This document shows positions 53,101 through 64,000 of a stretch of DNA of 64,000 nt, one piece after another. The translations under genes were made by a program, and so were the position numbers. This DNA comes from Amoeboaphelidium protococcarum X5 (taxonomy: Eukaryota; Fungi; Aphelidiomycota). Below the pieces are notes generated by a model that made no database searches, was not told the DNA's origin, and saw only the letters and a list, made by a program, of their open reading frames with translations. Every line of letters begins with the position of its first letter. Within the stretch, counting starts at the first letter, position 1. The stretch is taken from the NCBI GenBank assembly GCA_023515725.1, contig JALDTO010000215.1:645053-709052 (forward strand). The letters run 5' to 3'.

Positions 53101-56100
53101 GACAGGCTTCTCATAAAACTTGTGCTCATGCCACGTCTTGCCATCATCCACAGAGTATATCAACTTGTCCGTCAATTCGTAATCGGCAGCCATTACCAAC
53201 AGTGCTCCAAAGTCACCGAATTCAAAGATATGCGGTCCCTTCTTTACTTCAGTCCAAGTCTAACCTCCATCTCGGCTAAAGTACGTATTACTCAGGGAGT
53301 AATCAAGCAGTTGAGGACCGAAATTTCCTACTCCCATCAATTGACCCACTGCAGTCTTACTACTGAATATAGGGCCAGACCATGTGATATCAGCACGACC
53401 ATGTAAATTTAAATGACAATCTTGACCAGTAGAGCATTCAATGCGCTTTCTGTTAGTATCATATACCTCTCTTATGATATCCCAATTTGCTCCATTATCA
53501 TACGACATCACAGTCCTGATCTTCTTCAATCCGCCGCGAATCAAATCCGCCGCGTTGTACACAACATTGGCTATAAAGGCGCCATCCAAGCTCTGATTTT
53601 ACTCCAGATCAACCAGACCATTAGCATTTTTATTCGTGTTCTTCAAAGACAAAGTATAGAACGTGCCGTTAGAATTGGAAGAATAGAGATCGCCAAACTC
53701 TTGACCCATATTCTGACTTTGATAAACGTCCAGCATAATTGATCCAGTGTTCGACTGCACTACGGTAAAAGCGTTCTTGGACAGTTGAGTATTAGGTGGA
53801 AATTGGGCATCAACTACGTTAACACCATCTTCAGACAGGAGTAATCTCACCTTATTTCCATCTTCAGCGGCAACGGTGAGATAACGATCATAGACGTAAA
53901 ACTGTACAACTCTCTCAGCCAGCAACTTTTTCTCACCCTCCCCCAGTCTTTCATACTTGTACAGGTTAAGAACGTTACCAGAGGGTGTTTACGCAGCATT
54001 ACCGAAGGTATCTTAATCTCCAAACTTCTAATGATAAGCCGAGCAGAAAATAGCATCCTTCTCTACTTTGCGAAACTCCGTATCCTGCGAGAACTGACAC
54101 TTGTACACAAAGCTGTCAATTTCACGGCCCCATGTTGCACCATTATCTTTGGAGGCATAGACAGTCGTATGACAGTGAGGGCACTTCGTACCGCCAATAA
54201 ACAGAAGCCAATCCTTTTCAGTAGGATGGAAATCCAGTAAAGTCGACCCCAGCTAATTAGGCATAGATGGCAAATTCATCTCTTTGAAGCTAGATCCATA
54301 ATCACTGGAGAAATAAACCTTGTCATTCTAAGTCTACATGTACACTCTACTATACTCAGTGTCATGGAAGAACAGTTATCTGACCTTGAACGCATCACCA
54401 GACTTTCCAACACCAGATATGGACAAGACATCAAACGATTAGCCATTATTACCACTGCGATGAACCGCGCCTTCCAAATCCAATAACAAAATCGCCTACG
54501 ACTTTTTCATATAATACTTCTTCACTATAGGCGCAGGAATCATGGTCAGATAGGATTTAACATTGGATGAGCGATCGACATTGTCACAGGATACTTTAAC
54601 CTTCTTGGCCAAATCGACACCACCCACGCAAGTATCCCCAGGAATCTTTCGGTAGCCAGAAGAAGCTAAATACTCACCAGAATTTCCAGTGCATTATCCA
54701 TCAAGAGGGATTGGCTCTCCAGTGCGTACACATTTCTCTGGGTTATTCTTATCAGCAATGTATCCATAATCACATTCGAAATTCTCGGCGGTACATTCAC
54801 AGTTCTTCTTTCTCATTTATGGCTACTTATAATCACGGCCCACATAGCACTCAGCATCCTACTTCCTGCGCTTAATATCCTAGTAATGCCCCAAGAGACA
54901 CTGCTCATTCTCTCCTAATCCGCGAGCACGCCACCACTCAAAGTCATTATCAGAACATTGTCTGTCATGTAACTTGGAAAAGTCTAGACTAATAACATTG
55001 AAGTTAGATGAATCCTTATCAGATCCCACAAGTATCATCTTCTGCAATGTCGATTCAGGGTCGCTGCTGATAGATTCAACTCTGAGCTTCTGATCAAGCT
55101 TAATATCAAACCAAGTACGCCCAAAATTAAGCGAGTATGACAACTATTAAACATTATTCTTATCTTCAACATACACCAGGAGTGCACCTTAATCACCAGT
55201 CTCAAACTTGGCAGGTCCCTTGTTGATCATTTACCAATTTAGGCCACCATCAGAACTGACAAAGGTGTCACAGTCATCGTACTCCTATAGATAGTCACCA
55301 ACATTTCCCACGCCCATAATGATACCGGGAGCCGCAGCATCTGAAAACACGCGACCGACATTCTTCACTGAAGTGACGGAATGCAAATGCAGTGCACACT
55401 TCTCATTCGGTATACTGCCGCCACCATCTGTAAGACATTTGAACGGTTTACCTTTAACATCTTTTAATGGTGGATTTATAAAGCGCCAATAAGAGCCATC
55501 GTCAAACGAAATGCGAGATTCCAACTTCTTCTTACCATCGCCACCATTGCGCAAATCATCAGGATTGGAGACTATATTAGCCAATGCCACTCCCTCAACT
55601 CCTTACACGCGTTCATAATCCACAATACCTGAAGTCTTTCTATTGGTATTCTCCAGCGACTTTACAAAGTACCTACCCTCTGAATCGGACTTGTACAGCG
55701 TACCAAACTCTTTCTTGTATCCACGGGAGGTGAACACGTCCACATTCAGAGATGCGGCAGATGATTGTAGAATAGTGTATGCATCTTCCTCAATATTCGC
55801 ATCCAGAGGGAACTTTGAGTTGCGGAAAACTAAACCATCCACAGAGACGTACAGGTCCAAATCAGATCCAGAACTCTACTTCACAGCAGTCACAAAAAAC
55901 TTGCTCACAAATCCAATACCAACCACTCCGGTCATCTGATTATTATCAAAACTGTGAACTTTCTCAGTGGCGAAGTAATCCTCAGAGTAGAGCAATCTCA
56001 AATCTGAACTCTCAGACTTCGAGCTTCCTTTACCTTCATGCTCAGTACAAAATATAGCATCAACAGGACGCGATTGAAATTCAGGACTTCCATTGGCCCA

Positions 56101-56625
56101 CACACATTAAGACACATACTTTTTAAGCGACTTCCAGCTCTTGCCATCATCTTGGGAATAATAAGCCTCATTATAGCACTAGGAACTACCACCAGATGAT
56201 GGACAAGAACGACCGAGGAAGAGTAAATGGGGAGAGCGTGTAGAATGAAATTACAAAGCAGCCTTGGACATGGACATTGGTTCCAGTGGCAGGGATAACT
56301 TTGACCAACTTTCACCGCGATTACCAGTCATGTATAAATCCTTGCTATTGGTAACGACAAACGCCTTCTGATAATCGAAAGGATGCTCAATCATGACCTT
56401 TGACTCAGTGCCCTCAGAGATACCAGATGCCTTGTACCAAGACCATCCTGCATCGGCAGATCTCCAAATCTAGTTACTTATTCTCTCATGCAATAACAAC
56501 ACCTCTGAATTCTTGAAGAAGAAATAATTCTCTGGAGCATGCTTGAACACAGTGCTCTTCTACTGCACTTATTCAGCATGCACTAAATACGCAAGACTAA
56601 ATATTACCAACGATAAAACTAACAT
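50179..56625 (-). CDS. VPS10: Vacuolar sorting receptor Vps10/sortilin with three luminal Vps10 modules
   Basis: 2148-aa intronless ORF; signal peptide, repeated Asp-box SxDxGxxW, three 10CC cysteine modules, one TM, short cytosolic tail. Confidence 0.92.
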
Positions 56626-57425
56626 ATATAAAATCCACGCGTCGTCTACTTTTGTCAGATATTATGTGCAGCAGGTATTGTGCTGAATAATCAAAAGTAA
56701 TCACGAAGGAGAAACGCGAAGTTCGTCGGTAAAGCTGAGCTGAGTGCTCTTAAAGGCGAAATGCGGTGCGAGAGAAGAAACAACGTGGTTTTACGCTCAT
56801 CTGATGTGATTGGTTCGTACGTTCATACGTGTAATATTTAACACCAATGTTGCAGAGACCCAGAATTAGATTCATATAACGCGCTAAGTATTACAAGCAT
56901 GTGTGTCTTATGTGTCGAGTCTGGCCTACAATTTTTTTGGAAAATACTCTTCGTTAAGTCAACGTCCATTTTAAATCCAATGTGTCGATATGGGGCTTTT
57001 ATAGAGAGTACAAATGACTACTAAAATTATAATGTCCTTAACCAATGTTCATCGAAAATAGGAGCTAAATTTATAAAGCATTTTCATCAATATACTTGGA
57101 CTTTCCTATAAGCTTTCACGCAAGATCTGTCACTATCTGTCAGAATCAATGTAAACACGCGCTCTGTTATGAGTATACTGTCAAACACACGGGTGGTGAA
57201 TCATGTGGGTGATAATGCATCAGGATGAGGATTGACAGGGCACAGTCACACCTCTCGGGAAAAATGAATAAATCGTGCAACATTCATCTTTCGCTGAAGT
57301 GGATTGGATGAAAGTACCTATTACGTCTTGGGAGTGGTATATATATTCTTATTGGCTATTACTGATTAGTTTGATATTCAAAGTCCCCTACAAATCTTCG
57401 AAACAGATACTGATACTTCTGCAAA

Positions 57426-58241
<816 letters not shown>

Positions 58242-58742
58242 GTTTCTCCTTATTTGTTTATATGCAGTCAATTCGGGATTATCTACTTGTCTTCTGATAA
58301 TGACATGTCTCAAGAGTAGGAAGTGTATAAAATTAATTTTTAAGATATTTCCATCTTTTATCTCTATCGCGCAATTTTTAGAAGCTTTGGTGCATCCTGA
58401 ACGATCTAATTTGAGACCATAACCGCTACGCAATGTAATATTTCACTGCTATTGTTGATGATAGCTTTACGCGAATGTATACATACACAAACGTTGAAAC
58501 TTTATTTTAAATTACTTTTAGAGAGAATATATTGGATTTGAGTTTGTGTAAAAAACTGTTTTAAAAACCAATTTCAATAATTCAATGACGATCAAAAGCT
58601 ATCATGTTTCTTCATGGACCAATCATCTCTCTGTATAATATTGAAGCGGTTCGGCTTCGCGCGTCAATCAACCATCAGTGTAATTTTTTCATTTGAACTC
58701 CAATCTGCTCATTAAAATTATAAATATACATCGCTCTCCTTA

Positions 58743-60224
58743 ATGATGACTGTCGACTCATGCGCATAGGCTGAGGAATTGAAGCAGCTTGCCAATGAAT
58801 AATATAAGAAGGGATATTACTAAGAAGCGATTAAACTGTATGGCGAGTGGATCGATTTGGAGCAGACTGCGGTCGGTCACTGCAATCGCGCTGCATCTCT
58901 CATGATGCTGAAGAAGTACAAGTAGGCCGCAGAAGATTGTAAAAAGGCTATCGAGTTGGATGGTGGATATGTGAAGGCGTATGTGAGATTAGCCAAGTGC
59001 GGCTTAGCTCTCGGTAATATTAATGAGGCCGTCAGACAATTTCAATTGGCTTTGGACGTTGATCCGACGAATCCTTCGATCAGCAAGGAGCTTCATCAAG
59101 CGGAGGCTATTCGAAAATTTGTGGAATCCGCAGTTGCTGCTTTGGAATCTAAAGACTTTAGAAGGGCAACTTTCAATGTGGACACCGCGGCAAAAATGGC
59201 CACCAATGGTCTGTATTGCCCTTATGGCTGGTTGTGTATTAAAATTCGCGCGTTGGTAGGCCTGAAATAGATCAATGAGGCTAATTTGCTTCTTAATCAG
59301 ATTCTTGTAAATGAGCCTTAGAACGCTGAGGCTATCTGTATCAGAGCTGGTTTAATCTACTAGCAAGGTGATCTGACTAAATGTATATCTTATGTAAAGG
59401 AAGCACTCAGAGTTGCTCCTGATCATAAGGAGTCGCGTCTGTTATTTAAGAAGGCTAGAGCTTTATAAACGTAGAAAGATGACGGGAATGCCGCTTTTAA
59501 AGCTGGAAAGTACGCAGATGCTATTCGCTTATACTCGGAAGCTTTACAGATTGATCCAGAATGTACAGCGGTGAATTGTAAATTTTATTCCAATCGAGCG
59601 ACTGCTTACTTCAAGCTGGGTCAGTATGAAAAGTCTATTTCTGACTGTGATGCTGCGCTCGCTATCGACAAGGATTATGGGAAGGTGTACATCCGAAGAG
59701 CCTCGTGTAGAATGAAGCTGGAGCAATTTGAAGAGGCTGTCCGCGATTTTGAAAAGGCGTCATAAATTGATCCGAACAATCGTGATTTACGACAGCAATT
59801 GAGAGATGCCAAGCTTGAATTGAAAAAATCTCAGCGAAAGGATTATTACAAAATTCTTGGTGTCTCTAAGGACGCGTCTGAGAGTGAGATTAAGAAGGCT
59901 TACCGCAAGAAGGCTCTCATCTATCACCCTGACAAGAACCAGGAGCCGGAGAAGAAGGATGAAGCAGAGAAGATGTTCAAGGATGTCTCTGAGGCATACG
60001 AAACTCTGTCTGATCCTCAGAAGAAACGTCGATATGACAGCGGCGCCGATTTACAAGAGAGTTTTGGTGGTCATGGTGGGATGGATGCAAATGACGTTTT
60101 CTCTATGTTTTTTAACTAAGGTGGCTTTGGTGGTGGCGGTGGTCATCATCATCACGGAGGATTTGGTGGATTTCATCATGGCGGTGGCTTCTATGATCAA
60201 TAGTATTACTACGAAGATGAATGA
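58743..60224 (+). CDS. DNAJC7: TPR + J-domain co-chaperone DNAJC7/Tpr2
   Basis: TPR repeats; [19 protein letters not shown]; Gly/Phe-rich tail. Confidence 0.93.
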
Positions 60225-60285
60225 TTAGTTCAGATCATATATCAAGTACATTTTATTTATTACGCAGATACTTCATTTTTTATCT

Positions 60286-62514
<2,229 letters not shown>

Positions 62515-63317
62515 TCTAATTTAGTTACTAGTAAATCCGATATAAGTGTATCAGAGGATCTTCAAGAGCACAAGAGACGTCCATCATCTGACCCCTTCCG
62601 ACCTGCGCTTTCATTGCTAAGCCACGCGCTTTAAGGTTGACTCTGAAGCTTCTCTTCCTCTTTTCTCTCTTTTACAAATTGCATTTGATGAATTTTAATT
62701 AATGCTTTTGGGATAATTCTCAAACTAATAAATTATCAAAGTGTTATTCAATTCTGATCAATAGCTCTTTTTTACATTAAACAGCATTGATCAGAAATGA
62801 CTATTTAATCCGTAACGAACCATGGTAAACTACTCTCACGTATACCTTGTTTGCATACGGAAAGATTAACTTAGAATCATTTATGGCGACATTTTGGCTT
62901 TTCGGAGTCTTGGTGTTGTCGTTTAATTATAATAGCTAGAGTTTTGCTATATTCTTTACTTGACTCTAGTTGTACCAAGATTCTTACATTTTTTAATTTG
63001 TATTTTTGCTTATACATTCAAACTTATTCGTTCTCAAAAGTGGTCAAGATATCACCAGTCCATGACAGACGTATCGAAAATGTTTACGTGTTCAAAATGA
63101 GGTCCTTATCATAAAGCCACAATTCAAACATATGACGCGTCTCAAGAGTAATTTACGGCGATTTTTATTGAATTGTAGAGCTGACGCGTTTTAATCAGCG
63201 CGTACTGTAAATAACCATCCTTAGTTCCCATTGATGCTATGGAGAAGAGAGAAAGCTGTACTGTATGCCTTACAATAATTCTGTTTCATTCGCTTTACAA
63301 TGTCATCTTAGAGAAGA

Positions 63318-63938
63318 TCATTCTTCCTTAGTTGTAGTCTTATGCCAAGTAGGAGAGATGATGATGATGATGAGATAAATCAAGTATACAACTGAAACAG
63401 CTGGAACCAAGAGACTCAGAGTCTATATGAGAGAAGCATTCGCTTCGTTCAAGAACAAACGCGGCACATCAACGAACGTTTCACCGAGAGCAACGACTTT
63501 CAAAGGAGGAATATGAACGGCCTTGTCTACACAGACCATTGACACGAGTGGTTGTTACAAATGCACTCTCACATACGGATCATACGTTTATTTGTTATTA
63601 TTATTATTATTATTATATACATGCACAGGCTAGTATCTCATATGAAACGGAACTCTAATAATCGCTTAGCCTGACAGTCGCTATATCCGCAGCATATTAT
63701 CACTCGCACTATCAGACGTAACCGGTACTTCGAGGTCGACATCAGAATTCTCAAGTTCCCACAACTCGCCATTCAAATCCTTATGCAATTAATATGGATC
63801 AAAGAATGCACTTGACTCCAACTTTTACTCTATAGTTACAGTACAGTCATCTCGTTCTTGAGTAGTAAGATTATACACAAAGTGAGGATGAAAAGCAGCA
63901 CTCTTATCCACACTCCATGAAAACGTTTATTGAGCCAT
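63318..63938 (-). CDS. PIGX: GPI mannosyltransferase I subunit PIG-X/Pbn1
   Basis: AFHP, FFDPYQL, DLEVP, VPFHMRY, C-terminal TM; absent from the supplied ORF track. Confidence 0.78.
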
Positions 63939-64000
63939 CGCGTCTCCTCAGTGAGAATTTTGTTAAGAGTTTTAATGAGGATTTTTCGAGTTTATTGGAG

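Overview
Gene-dense eukaryotic nuclear DNA of fungal or near-fungal type, with about 34 protein-coding genes, short intergenic spacers and few, short GT-AG introns. The supplied ORF track is fragmented because the genome uses a non-standard code: TAA and TAG encode Gln and TGA is the only stop. Examples are the ATP synthase alpha Walker A motif GDR[TAG]TGKT and the MADS-box R[TAG]. This code plus fungal-type genes matches what is known for the aphelid Amoeboaphelidium protococcarum (inference). Re-read with TAR=Gln, the window encodes: a Trl1/Rnl1-like RNA ligase-kinase, a GT77-type glycosyltransferase, SIRT4, uL24m, ALKBH7, a WNK kinase, a subtilisin, PP2A-B55, NOP53, MUS81, ALG14, a PCI protein, SKI3, CWC15, TYW1, a PXA/Nexin_C protein, ATP1, bL21m, a GH38 mannosidase, NOL8/Nop8, a GNAT, VPS20, a MADS-box factor, a three-module VPS10, a C2H2 factor, DNAJC7, a STE11-like kinase, PIG-X and several orphan or secreted proteins. 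The most notable oddity is a 120-bp solo-LTR-like insertion (TGTTA...TAACA, 5-bp TSD) inside the mannosidase CDS whose ends create an in-frame GT-AG intron. Others are a lone in-frame TGA in a long ORF, a near-invariant TGTAG 3' splice site, and overlapping convergent CDS ends. All annotation was done by manual translation and motif recognition; no database searches were run.
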